Shown here: positions 1 to 9,302 of the stretch, piece by piece
Layout: every line of letters begins with the position of its first letter
Position numbering within the stretch: the first letter of the stretch is position 1
Origin: a virus
DNA: 64,000 bases
IMG/VR virus record: IMGVR_UViG_3300009183_000050
Span: 64,001 to 128,000 of that record
Direction: 5' to 3' (one strand)
Program-made: the position numbers and the translations under genes
The notes under the pieces: model-generated
What the model was told of the DNA's origin: nothing
Database searches by the model: none
Seen by the model: the letters and a program-made list of their open reading frames with translations, nothing else

Positions 1-1
1 T

Positions 2-778
2 ACATTATTAAATGGTACAAATGTTGCTAATTATAACGCATCAGCAAACAACTATGTCGGTTGGCAATGGGTAGCAGGTCAAGGTGTAACATCGAACAAT
101 ACATCAGGTACAGTTACCAGTACCGTCAGCGTAAACCAGTCTGCTGGGTTTAGTATTGCTACTTTCACTTCTGCAACTGGTGGCGCCAGTTCACCTAGTT
201 CGTTTGGTCACGGATTAGGAGTCGCACCGGCTCTCGTTATTGTAAGAAGCAGAACTAATATTATGGACTGGTATGTTTATCATCAATCACTAGGTAATAC
301 AAAAGTTTCTTACCTGAATCAAACAGCGGCGCCCGCAACAAGCTCAACATCTTGGAACAATACTAGCCCAACATCAAGCATTGTAACTTTAGGTACTACT
401 TTTTATGATATAGGAACAGTGGTTGCGTATTGTTGGTCAGAAGTGGCCGGATATTCTAAGTTTGGTAGTTATACAGGCAACGGCGCCGCTGATGGTACTT
501 TCGTCTATTGTGGGTTCAGACCGAGGTTTATCATGTTTAAGATTACAAGTGCCGTTGGTAACTGGTTTATACGAGACACATCTAGAGATACTTATAACGC
601 CGCTACTCAATCATTATATCCAAGTTTGACTGATACAGAATTTACCGGCGGCGCTCTTGATATTTTGTCAAATGGATTTAAACCAAGGGCATCTACCAGT
701 GGACTCAATGGTTCCGGTGAAACAATCATATATGCAGCATTTGCTGAAAACCCATTCAAAATTTCAAGGGCAAGATAA
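2..778 (+). CDS. Tail fibre / virion structural protein, C-terminal part (5' end outside window)
   Basis: Frame open from position 2; motifs GHGLGVAP, AYCWSEVAGYSKFGSYTGNG, CGFRPRFIM and YAAFAENPF are typical of T4-like fibre C-termini. Confidence 0.7.
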   Translation, partial: TLLNGTNVANYNASANNYVGWQWVAGQGVTSNNTSGTVTSTVSVNQSAGFSIATFTSATGGASSPSSFGHGLGVAPALVIVRSRTNIMDWYVYHQSLGNTKVSYLNQTAAPATSSTSWNNTSPTSSIVTLGTTFYDIGTVVAYCWSEVAGYSKFGSYTGNGAADGTFVYCGFRPRFIMFKITSAVGNWFIRDTSRDTYNAATQSLYPSLTDTEFTGGALDILSNGFKPRASTSGLNGSGETIIYAAFAENPFKISRAR

Positions 779-780
779 CA

Positions 781-1218
781 ATGTTTTTACTCAACGGAAC
801 ACCTTTAGCTTTGGACACACCTTTCACAGCTAATGATATTCAATATCCAGCCAACTGGCTAAGACTCGCATCACCAGAAGAACGAGCCGTAATCGGTATC
901 ACCGAAGCACCTGAACCAGAATACTATGATGGTATGTTCTATTGGGGTGTAAACAATCCAAAAGATTTGACTCAACTGAAAACTCAATGGATCAGTCAGA
1001 CAAACGCCTCAGCAAATGCTCGACTCTCAACGTCTGATTGGATGGTCGTTCGCAAAGCTGAAACTGGCACAAATATGCCTGTCGGTTGGTCAACATATCG
1101 TGCGGCTGTTAGAACTTATGCAAGCACCACAACAACTGCCATCTCAAACTGTGCCGATGTTGAAGCTCTTATCGCTATTATAAATAGTATAGCATGGCCT
1201 GAAACACCAGAGGGATAA
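781..1218 (+). CDS. Putative tail fibre assembly chaperone
   Basis: YPANWLRL...GIT, LSTSDWMVVRKAE, YRAAVR and terminal WP motifs; directly follows the fibre gene. Confidence 0.65.
   Translation: MFLLNGTPLALDTPFTANDIQYPANWLRLASPEERAVIGITEAPEPEYYDGMFYWGVNNPKDLTQLKTQWISQTNASANARLSTSDWMVVRKAETGTNMPVGWSTYRAAVRTYASTTTTAISNCADVEALIAIINSIAWPETPEG
1179..1186 (+). promoter_or_regulatory. T4-type late promoter TATAAATA
   Basis: Exact consensus upstream of gp13. Confidence 0.7.
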
Positions 1219-1223
1219 ACTAA

Positions 1224-1967
1224 ATGGCATTACCGGCTTCCAGAGAACAGATGAAAGATTGGTGCCTCAGAGACCTTGGTTTCCCTGTTATTGATATTAA
1301 CGTAGATGATGATCAGGTAGATGACCGCATCGATGAAGCATTCTCATATTTCCAACAATTCCATTTCGATGGTGTTGAACGCTGGTACTTGAAATATCAG
1401 ATCACATCTACAGATATAGCTAATCAATACATCCCTATTCCAAACAGCATCATAGGTGTTAATCGCATCTTCCCTATCGGATCTACTAACGCATCGGTCA
1501 ATATGTTTGACTTACGTTATCAGTTGCGACTACATGAACTCTATGACTTCACCTCTACCTCATATGTCAATTATGTCTTGACACAACAGCATATTCGCAC
1601 ACTTGACATGCTTTTCTCAGGTGAAACACCAATTCGTTTCAATCGCCATACAGGTAAACTTTACATCGATCAAAACTGGATCTCAGGTGTTCAGGTCGGT
1701 GAATGGATTATCATTGAAGGTTATATCATTATTGATCCAAATACTTATACAAAGGTATATGGTGATCGTATGCTTCTGAAGTATGCTACCTCATTGATCA
1801 AGAAACAATGGGGTAACAACATGAAGAAGTTCGGTGGTATGCAACTTCCGGGTGGTATCACCATGAACGGCCAGACCATCTTTGATGAAGCGGTACAAGA
1901 GATTAAAGACATTGAAGCATTGATCAGAGATACTTTCGAAGAACCTCCCCAGTTTTTGGTAGGCTAA
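1224..1967 (+). CDS. gp13: Neck protein gp13
   Basis: LGFPVIDINVDDDQVDDRIDEA, KKQWGNNMKKFGGMQLPGG; T4-like synteny. Confidence 0.92.
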   Translation: MALPASREQMKDWCLRDLGFPVIDINVDDDQVDDRIDEAFSYFQQFHFDGVERWYLKYQITSTDIANQYIPIPNSIIGVNRIFPIGSTNASVNMFDLRYQLRLHELYDFTSTSYVNYVLTQQHIRTLDMLFSGETPIRFNRHTGKLYIDQNWISGVQVGEWIIIEGYIIIDPNTYTKVYGDRMLLKYATSLIKKQWGNNMKKFGGMQLPGGITMNGQTIFDEAVQEIKDIEALIRDTFEEPPQFLVG

Positions 1968-1969
1968 TC

Positions 1970-2842
1970 ATGGCAGTCTCACATTATTTTAATAACTACG
2001 CCGCAAATCAGACGCCTCAGCAAAACCTGATGCAGGATGTTATTACTGAATCCATCAAGATTATGGGTCATAACATCTACTATCTTCCTAGAGAATCTTG
2101 GACGGGTGATGACACAATCTTTGGTGAGAACACAGGTTCAGCCTTCAATCGCGCATATTCAATGGAAATGTATCTAGCCAACGTAACTGGTTACGAAGGT
2201 GATGGTGACTTTTTCTCAAAGTTTGGTCTAGAAATCCGCGATACATCTAACTTCATTGTTGCGAGACCAACCTTTCAAAAGTATATGCCTACAAACATAG
2301 CAATCAGACCTAGAGAAGGTGATCTTCTTTTCGTTCCCGCTCTTCAAAAGATATGGGAAATCAAGTTCGTTGAAGAAGAATTGATGTTTTTCTCGCTTGG
2401 TCAGAGACAACCATATATCTATGAAATGCGTTGTGAATTGTTCCGTTATAGCAATGAGAACATCGATACTGGTGTGGCTGAAGTTGATCATGTTGAGCAT
2501 ACACTAGCCTATACCATTCAGTTGAATATGAACCAAGGCACAAGTAACTATTATGCAAACGAACTGGTTTATCAGGGTGCAAACTTAGCATATTCTACAG
2601 CTAAGGCTGAAGTAAAAGAATGGGATCCGCAGACAAAAATTCTATTGCTAATGAATATCAAAGGTGATTTCGCCGCGAATACCAAATTGATTGGTGAAAC
2701 GTCTAACACTAGATATAATGTAGCAGGTGTTGATACAATCGGCGACTATCTCGATTACGATATATATGATAATAGAGAGTTGCAGAATGAAGCTAACACA
2801 TTCTTAGACCTCACAGAATCTAATCCGTTTGGGCAACCGTAA
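1970..2842 (+). CDS. gp14: Neck/head-closure protein gp14
   Basis: ESIKIMG..YYLPRE, FFSKFGLEIRD, RPREGDL, C-terminal ESNPFG. Confidence 0.92.
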   Translation: MAVSHYFNNYAANQTPQQNLMQDVITESIKIMGHNIYYLPRESWTGDDTIFGENTGSAFNRAYSMEMYLANVTGYEGDGDFFSKFGLEIRDTSNFIVARPTFQKYMPTNIAIRPREGDLLFVPALQKIWEIKFVEEELMFFSLGQRQPYIYEMRCELFRYSNENIDTGVAEVDHVEHTLAYTIQLNMNQGTSNYYANELVYQGANLAYSTAKAEVKEWDPQTKILLLMNIKGDFAANTKLIGETSNTRYNVAGVDTIGDYLDYDIYDNRELQNEANTFLDLTESNPFGQP

Positions 2843-3843
2843 TGTTAAGTAACAGATATTTTTATTTTCAGTTGACGAGAAAGTATGTTATCCTATTCGG
2901 TAACATGTTCAATAATATCACGCTCAAACGTATAAACAGAGCAACAAATGTTGAAGTTGAACGCATCAAGATTCCTATCATCTATGCACCTAAAGAAAAG
3001 TATATTGCTCGCCTTAGGTCAGATCCAGATTTGAATCGTGAGATTCAGGTGGCTCTGCCTCGTATGTCGTTTGAACTTCAATCGTTCACATATGACCCTA
3101 CAAGAAAGCAGAACTCACTTCTAAAGAAAGCTACACCACTATCAAACTCTCAGGTATCATCTCAGTATGTCGGTGTTCCCTATGATTTGACTTTTGACTT
3201 GCATGTCTATACCAGAAACATTGATGATGGTACACACATCGTTGAGCAGATCATTCCATACTTTAATCCCGATTATACCGTAACGGGTGTCATGATTCCT
3301 GAGATGGGATTCCTCAAAGATATTCCTATCATCCTTAACTCTGTGACAAACGATATCGAACATGAAGGTAACTTCGATGCGGTTCGTTTCGTTACATGGA
3401 GACTGAACTTCACCATGAAGGTTCACTATTACGGACCTGTTCAACCAGCTAATCTCATTCGCACAAGTAAATCAAATATCTTTAATGATCCGACATTGCA
3501 AACAGGTTACGTTATTAAGATCAATACAGATAATGGTAATGGCGCAAACTTTAAAGTATTGGATACCGTATATCAAGGTAACAACTATACAACAGCCACA
3601 GCATATGGTACAGTCATTTCATGGGATAACAACAATAACAAGCTCACAATAGGTGGAGCCCAAGGTACGTTCCAGGCCAATAGCATTATCAACTCTGTAT
3701 CAGCTAATGCACAATACAAAATTAATAGTTTCGACACATCACCAATTAAACTTGTTGGTATCAATGTTACACCTAAACCTAACACAGCCATTTCAAACTC
3801 TGCTTATGGTTACGATACAACCATAACCGAGTGGCCGTTTTGA
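2842..3843 (+). CDS. gp15: Tail sheath stabiliser/completion protein gp15
   Basis: FGNMFNNI, LPRMSFE, YDPTRK, EQIIPYFNP; synteny. Confidence 0.92.
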   Translation: MLSNRYFYFQLTRKYVILFGNMFNNITLKRINRATNVEVERIKIPIIYAPKEKYIARLRSDPDLNREIQVALPRMSFELQSFTYDPTRKQNSLLKKATPLSNSQVSSQYVGVPYDLTFDLHVYTRNIDDGTHIVEQIIPYFNPDYTVTGVMIPEMGFLKDIPIILNSVTNDIEHEGNFDAVRFVTWRLNFTMKVHYYGPVQPANLIRTSKSNIFNDPTLQTGYVIKINTDNGNGANFKVLDTVYQGNNYTTATAYGTVISWDNNNNKLTIGGAQGTFQANSIINSVSANAQYKINSFDTSPIKLVGINVTPKPNTAISNSAYGYDTTITEWPF

Positions 3844-3868
3844 CTTTGAATATAAATGATGAGGTTCA

Positions 3869-4291
3869 ATGATGAGAGATAATATATTTATAGGTTATGC
3901 TGCTAATGATGGTTCAGGTGATACTCTCAGAACCGCTTTTACCAAAACTAACAATAATTTCATAGAACTATACAGTAATACACAGTATGTAAATGCAGAC
4001 TATGCTCTCAAAATTACAGATGTGAACCAGATGTTATATGTTACCGCTGCTGGCATTGGTGCAAGAATACATATTCCTAATACAGGTCAAGTGCCATTTC
4101 CAGATGGCACGATAATCAGAATCATATCAAATTCTACCGGTAATGTTGTTGTTTCACCAAATGGTAGTGTATCACTGTATAAGTCAGGTAATAGCGTTTC
4201 AACCAGTAGAAACGTGACAACTTATAGTGTAGGTACATTATACAGCCCAACGTCTAATGTGTGGTATATTGAAGGTAATAGTATTGTATAA
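3869..4291 (+). CDS. Small virion structural protein
   Basis: N-terminal IGYAANDGSGDTLRTAFTKTNNNFIELY motif, shared by T4-like gp9/gp10-type proteins. Confidence 0.55.
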   Translation: MMRDNIFIGYAANDGSGDTLRTAFTKTNNNFIELYSNTQYVNADYALKITDVNQMLYVTAAGIGARIHIPNTGQVPFPDGTIIRIISNSTGNVVVSPNGSVSLYKSGNSVSTSRNVTTYSVGTLYSPTSNVWYIEGNSIV

Positions 4292-4716
4292 TGAAAACCC
4301 ATGACGCACTATCAGAGGCCCTAGGTATAGAACATGAGCCTGAAACACCACCTTCTGTAGTTATCGAAACAACTGTGGTTGAAGATGTTGGAACCGAGGA
4401 TCAACAGGCTGATTATGCTCTGGCCCGTAAGACATTCCGCGCTTTGATTGATAAAGGCAATAATGCTATCGAAGATTTGACCGATTTGGCTAAGCAGAGC
4501 GAAAGCCCTAGAGCCTATGAAGTCTTGTCAACTTTGATGAAAACTGTAGCAGATACAACCAAAGACCTCTATGATCTTCAGAAAAAGACGAAAGACCTAA
4601 ATAAAGAGGATAAGGTTAGACCACAAGATGAACAACGCATCAATGTAGAGAAGGCTGTCTTTATTGGATCTACCGCAGAACTATTAAAACAGGTTAAGGC
4701 TAATGAAAACATTTAA
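4291..4716 (+). CDS. gp16: Terminase small subunit gp16
   Basis: SESPRAYEV and FIGSTAEL motifs; upstream of gp17. Confidence 0.9.
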   Translation: MKTHDALSEALGIEHEPETPPSVVIETTVVEDVGTEDQQADYALARKTFRALIDKGNNAIEDLTDLAKQSESPRAYEVLSTLMKTVADTTKDLYDLQKKTKDLNKEDKVRPQDEQRINVEKAVFIGSTAELLKQVKANENI

Positions 4717-5137
4717 ACAGTTCATGAAAGAAAGTTCTGATGAATTGACAGGATCAACTCACAGTATCATTGATGGTTTAAACCGTGGTAAAAACGCTCT
4801 CATGAATAATCAAAACCATATTCATGCTAAGATAATTGATCAAAAAAATCTTAAACCTTTAACCAAAGATGAGGCAGATGAGCATGATAGAGTTGCCGAC
4901 GAGGCTCGAAAAAAGGGTGATTATTTTTCAGGAAGCACATTCGGCAATTCAAAGAACAGATATAGTGTCGCTCATGCTATCAATCATGCTGAGTCTGTTC
5001 CTACTCATAAAATTTCCACAAAAGGTTTTGTGTCTCAGCAAGTGAATGATCATTGGCAAGGCGACATAAAAAGAGCAAAAAGAGCTATTCCATCTAAAAA
5101 TAATCCTATTCTAATCATGAAGCATACCGATGCCTAG
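4703..5137 (+). CDS. Putative internal head protein
   Basis: N-terminus MKTFKQFMKE resembles the capsid-targeting sequence of T4 internal proteins. Confidence 0.5.
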   Translation: MKTFKQFMKESSDELTGSTHSIIDGLNRGKNALMNNQNHIHAKIIDQKNLKPLTKDEADEHDRVADEARKKGDYFSGSTFGNSKNRYSVAHAINHAESVPTHKISTKGFVSQQVNDHWQGDIKRAKRAIPSKNNPILIMKHTDA

Positions 5138-6806
5138 ATACGAAGGTTATCAAGGTAACCCTAATCTACCTAGAGAAGATTACATTCACTCATTCACTCA
5201 GTATGAGATTGATGAGTTCATTAAGTGTGCGAATGATCCTATTTACTTTGCTACCAAGTATATGAAGATTGTCAACGTCGATCACGGTTTGATACCTTTC
5301 AAGATGTGGGACTTTCAGAAAGAAATGCTCACCACATTTCATGAGAACCGCTTCTCTATCTGTAAACTACCTCGACAGGTTGGTAAGACAACAACCGCTG
5401 TAGCATTTTTGCTTCACTTCATTCTTTTTAGTGAATCTGTAAGCATCGCCATTCTCGCCAATAAGTCTAGCACTGCTCGTGAAATTCTAGGTAGACTTCA
5501 ACTTGCTTTCGAATACCTACCTAGGTTTTTACAGCAAGGTATTAAAGAATGGAATAAAGGTTCTATCGAACTTGCTAATGGGTCTAGAGCAATCGCCGAT
5601 TCAACTTCAGGTTCATCTGTCCGTGGTAGAACATTCAACGTCATCTTCCTTGACGAGTTTGCATTCGTACCGAACAACATTGCTGAAGCCTTCTTCATGT
5701 CAACCTACCCTACAATTTCTTCTGGTTCAAATACGAAGGTTATTATCGTCTCTACACCAAACGGTATGAATCTGTTCTATAGAATGTGGATGGATGCGGT
5801 CGAGAAGCGAAGCGACTATCTTCCAATCGAGATTCACTGGTCGATGGTTCCAGGCAGAACGCAAGAATGGAAAGAGCAGGTCATCAGAAACACATCCGAA
5901 GATCAGTTCCGGCAAGAGTTTGAGTGTGAGTTCATTGGTTCTACAAATACACTCATTCATCCAACTAAGATCAGAACACTGGTGTTCCAGAACCCTATCA
6001 CAAAAGAAAACTATCTAGATATCTATGAGGTGCCTCAGATTGGTAAAACCTATCTCATATCCGTAGATGTGGCTGAAGGTCAGGAGAAAGACTACTCCAC
6101 CTTCTCTGTTATAGATGTGACTCAGATACCATATAAACAAGTGGCTAAATATCGAAACAACAAGATTGCACCAATGCTCTATCCAACCGTCATCTATACA
6201 GCGGCCAGAAAGTATAATGATGCCTTTGTATTGGTTGAAATCAACAGTATCGGTATGCAAGTAGCAGACATTCTACATAATGAACTAGCCTATGAAAACT
6301 TAATCAAGATTAGAAACGCTAAAGGTAAAGTAGGTCAGCAAGTAACACCAGGTTATACCAAGCAAATGCAGTTTGGTCTAAAGCAATCGGTTCAAACCAA
6401 GAAGATCGGTTGTGCCAACTTAAAGTCGTTGATTGAAAACGATAAGTTAATCATCAATGATGCTGATACTATCATGGAACTAACTACCTTCTCAGAACAT
6501 AAGACCAGCTTTGCGGCTGAAGAAGGTAATAATGACGATCTCGTGATGACTTTGGTTAACTTCGGTTGGCTCACCTCACAAAGATACTTCAAAGAAAATC
6601 TACAAAACGATATTCGTGCGGTATTGCAACATGAGCAATTCCAGCTTATGGATCAAGACACTGTACCTTTTGGTATCATTGATAATGGTCTAAAAGACGA
6701 TATGGAGGTTGATGTTGATGGTGATCTATGGATAACAGAACGTAAAAAGTTTTGGGCTTTCGATGAGATTGAATGGGACACACTTACAAACAAACACAGG
6801 TTATGA
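5130..6806 (+). CDS. gp17: Terminase large subunit gp17
   Basis: PRQVGKTT Walker A, IFLDEFAF Walker B, VSTPNG, nuclease DVAEG...DDLVM. Confidence 0.97.
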   Translation: MPRYEGYQGNPNLPREDYIHSFTQYEIDEFIKCANDPIYFATKYMKIVNVDHGLIPFKMWDFQKEMLTTFHENRFSICKLPRQVGKTTTAVAFLLHFILFSESVSIAILANKSSTAREILGRLQLAFEYLPRFLQQGIKEWNKGSIELANGSRAIADSTSGSSVRGRTFNVIFLDEFAFVPNNIAEAFFMSTYPTISSGSNTKVIIVSTPNGMNLFYRMWMDAVEKRSDYLPIEIHWSMVPGRTQEWKEQVIRNTSEDQFRQEFECEFIGSTNTLIHPTKIRTLVFQNPITKENYLDIYEVPQIGKTYLISVDVAEGQEKDYSTFSVIDVTQIPYKQVAKYRNNKIAPMLYPTVIYTAARKYNDAFVLVEINSIGMQVADILHNELAYENLIKIRNAKGKVGQQVTPGYTKQMQFGLKQSVQTKKIGCANLKSLIENDKLIINDADTIMELTTFSEHKTSFAAEEGNNDDLVMTLVNFGWLTSQRYFKENLQNDIRAVLQHEQFQLMDQDTVPFGIIDNGLKDDMEVDVDGDLWITERKKFWAFDEIEWDTLTNKHRL

Positions 6807-6883
6807 TTTGGTGACTATAAATCTTGGTTTTTCTAAATAATAATATGGAAAGTAATAAAACTTTTTCGTAAAGGAGAAATACG

Positions 6884-8602
6884 ATGGCATTCCAACTGTC
6901 AGCAGGAGTAAGCGTTTCCGAAATCGACCTAACTACAATCGTTCCAGCCGTAGGCACCACAGAAGGTGGTTTCGCTGGCAACTTTGCTTGGGGCCCAGTC
7001 GATCAGGTAATGACACTCTCAAATGAACTCGAACTGGTTGAGAGATTCGGTAAACCAGATAGCACTACATATATCTCATTCTTCACCGCCGCAAACTTTC
7101 TGTCATATGCAAGAGCATTAAGAACCGTTCGTGTTGTTGGTGCTGGAGCCACTAATGCGACCGCAAATGGCGGCGGCGTTCTAATTAAGAATAAAGATGT
7201 ATATGAAAACTTATACTTCGGTGTAGCTGCCAACACCAATAATACATATGGTGTTGCTGCCGCTCGTTATCCGGGTGAACTTGGTAATTCACTTAAAGTT
7301 GAAATCTATGGGCAATCAAATGTATCTTCAGCAACATTCGGTACTTGGGCATATAATCAAAACTTTAACGGACCTCCAGGAACATCTGATTATGTTAGGC
7401 GTGTGGCAAGTTCATCTGCAAATGATGAAATGCATATCGTTGTTCTCGATAAAAACGGAGTATTTAGTGGTACAGCTAACTCGGTTCTTGAGAGATACGG
7501 TTATGTTTCTAAAGCTCGTGATGCCATCAACGATGACGGCTCATCAAACTACTATGTTAACGTAATCAATGAGAGATCAAAATATATCTACATCATGTCA
7601 CATCCTACAACCCCATTCTATAACTGGGGTATAGCGGCCACATCAAATGCAAGTATTATGTATGACAATATTCAATATTCAAATGCTTTGGCTAACGGTG
7701 TCACAAGCGCACCTTCAAGCGCCAATCTTATCTCTGGTTTTGACAAGTTCAAGAACCCAGAAGAAATTGACGTTTCTCTGATTCTAACAGGTGATGTTGG
7801 TGCTAACTCAACCATAGCGTCATACATCATTAATAATATCTGTGAAGTTCGTAAAGATTGCGTAGCGTTCTTCTCACCAAAAGCAGTTGATGTTGTTAAC
7901 CAAACGGCTGGAACTGAAGCAAATGCGGCTATTACATTCCGTAATGCGTTCAACTCATCTTCATATGCTGTAATGGACTCAGCATGGAAGTATCAATTCG
8001 ACAAGTATAACAATGTCTATCGTTGGGTACCTCTCAACGGTGATATTGCTGGTCTATGCGCTCGTACCGACTTTGAGCGTGATCCATGGTTCTCACCAGC
8101 TGGTTTCAATCGCGGTAATATCAAGAATGCTGCCAGACTTTCTTGGAATCCAACTAAAGCTGAAAGAGATTTACTCTATAAGAATGGTATCAACCCAGTT
8201 GTAACATTCCCCGGAGAAGGTATCGTTCTCTATGGTGACAAGACTCTTCTTGCAAAACCATCTGCGTTCGATAGAATCAATGTTCGTCGCCTCTTTATCG
8301 TTCTTGAAAAGGCTATTGCTAGAGCGTCACGTTATTCGTTGTTCGAGTTCAACGATGAATTTACACGCGCTCAGTTCGTAGCCCTTGTTGAGCCGTTCTT
8401 GAGAGATGTTCAAGGTCGTCGCGGTATCTATGATTTCCGCGTAGTCTGCGATGAAACAAACAATACTCCTGAAGTTATTGACAGAAATGAGTTTGTTGGT
8501 GATATCTACATCAAGCCTGCCCGTTCTGTTAACTTCATCCAACTCAACTTTGTTGCTGTAAGAACCGGTGTTGCATTTGATGAAATTGTTGGTAAATTCT
8601 AA
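6884..8602 (+). CDS. gp18: Tail sheath protein gp18
   Basis: SAGVSVSEIDLT, PWFSPAGFNRG, FDRINVRRLF, IKPARSVNFIQLNF. Confidence 0.97.
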   Translation: MAFQLSAGVSVSEIDLTTIVPAVGTTEGGFAGNFAWGPVDQVMTLSNELELVERFGKPDSTTYISFFTAANFLSYARALRTVRVVGAGATNATANGGGVLIKNKDVYENLYFGVAANTNNTYGVAAARYPGELGNSLKVEIYGQSNVSSATFGTWAYNQNFNGPPGTSDYVRRVASSSANDEMHIVVLDKNGVFSGTANSVLERYGYVSKARDAINDDGSSNYYVNVINERSKYIYIMSHPTTPFYNWGIAATSNASIMYDNIQYSNALANGVTSAPSSANLISGFDKFKNPEEIDVSLILTGDVGANSTIASYIINNICEVRKDCVAFFSPKAVDVVNQTAGTEANAAITFRNAFNSSSYAVMDSAWKYQFDKYNNVYRWVPLNGDIAGLCARTDFERDPWFSPAGFNRGNIKNAARLSWNPTKAERDLLYKNGINPVVTFPGEGIVLYGDKTLLAKPSAFDRINVRRLFIVLEKAIARASRYSLFEFNDEFTRAQFVALVEPFLRDVQGRRGIYDFRVVCDETNNTPEVIDRNEFVGDIYIKPARSVNFIQLNFVAVRTGVAFDEIVGKF

Positions 8603-8637
8603 GAAGTCAGATAAATAAAGTAAAGGAGTAATTTAAA

Positions 8638-9243
8638 ATGGCTTTCAGAGTTCAAGAATTTAGATCACAGATGCAATATGATGGGGCCCGCCCTAATCTG
8701 TTTCAATGTGAAATGACATTCCCCTTCCTCTCTCGTGTAGAAGGGGACCCTCAGAGAAAGTTTACTTTTATGTGTCGTGCGGCTCAACTTCCCGGCACAT
8801 CAATCAATAGTATACCTGTCATGTATTTTGGTCGTGAATTGAAGTTTGCTGGTAACAGAAGCTTCCCAGAATGGACAGTTACAATCATCAACGATGAAGA
8901 TTTTGTTATCCGTAAAGCTTGTGAGCGTTGGATCAATGGCATGAACTCTCATGTTGGCAACCTTCGTGATCCGCAATTTACAAACGGTCAAGGCTCAAGT
9001 AGCCTAGGCGGCGCCGGTCAGATTGCAAGTCTTGGTTATCAACAGGATGGTTATGTCACTCAGTTCGCTAAGACTGGTGATGCTATCAAAGCTTATAAGT
9101 TTGTTGGTATGTTCCCGATTGACGTATCACCAATCGACGTTGATTGGGGTTCAAACGATAATATCGAAGAGTATGCTGTGACATTTGCCTATCAGTGGTG
9201 GGAATCTGATGATGATAATCCTACAACCGACGTTTCCGGTTAA
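8638..9243 (+). CDS. gp19: Tail tube protein gp19
   Basis: GARPNLF, AAQLPG, WTVTIINDEDF, IEEYAVTFAYQWW. Confidence 0.95.
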   Translation: MAFRVQEFRSQMQYDGARPNLFQCEMTFPFLSRVEGDPQRKFTFMCRAAQLPGTSINSIPVMYFGRELKFAGNRSFPEWTVTIINDEDFVIRKACERWINGMNSHVGNLRDPQFTNGQGSSSLGGAGQIASLGYQQDGYVTQFAKTGDAIKAYKFVGMFPIDVSPIDVDWGSNDNIEEYAVTFAYQWWESDDDNPTTDVSG

Positions 9244-9257
9244 TCATATATAAAACA

Positions 9258-9287
9258 GGGGAGAGTTTTTAGGCTCTCCCCATTTTA
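9258..9287 (+). terminator. Putative intrinsic terminator
   Basis: GGGAGAG...CTCTCCC stem followed by ATTTT after gp19. Confidence 0.5.
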
Positions 9288-9302
9288 TAAAGGTATTTTT
9301 TA

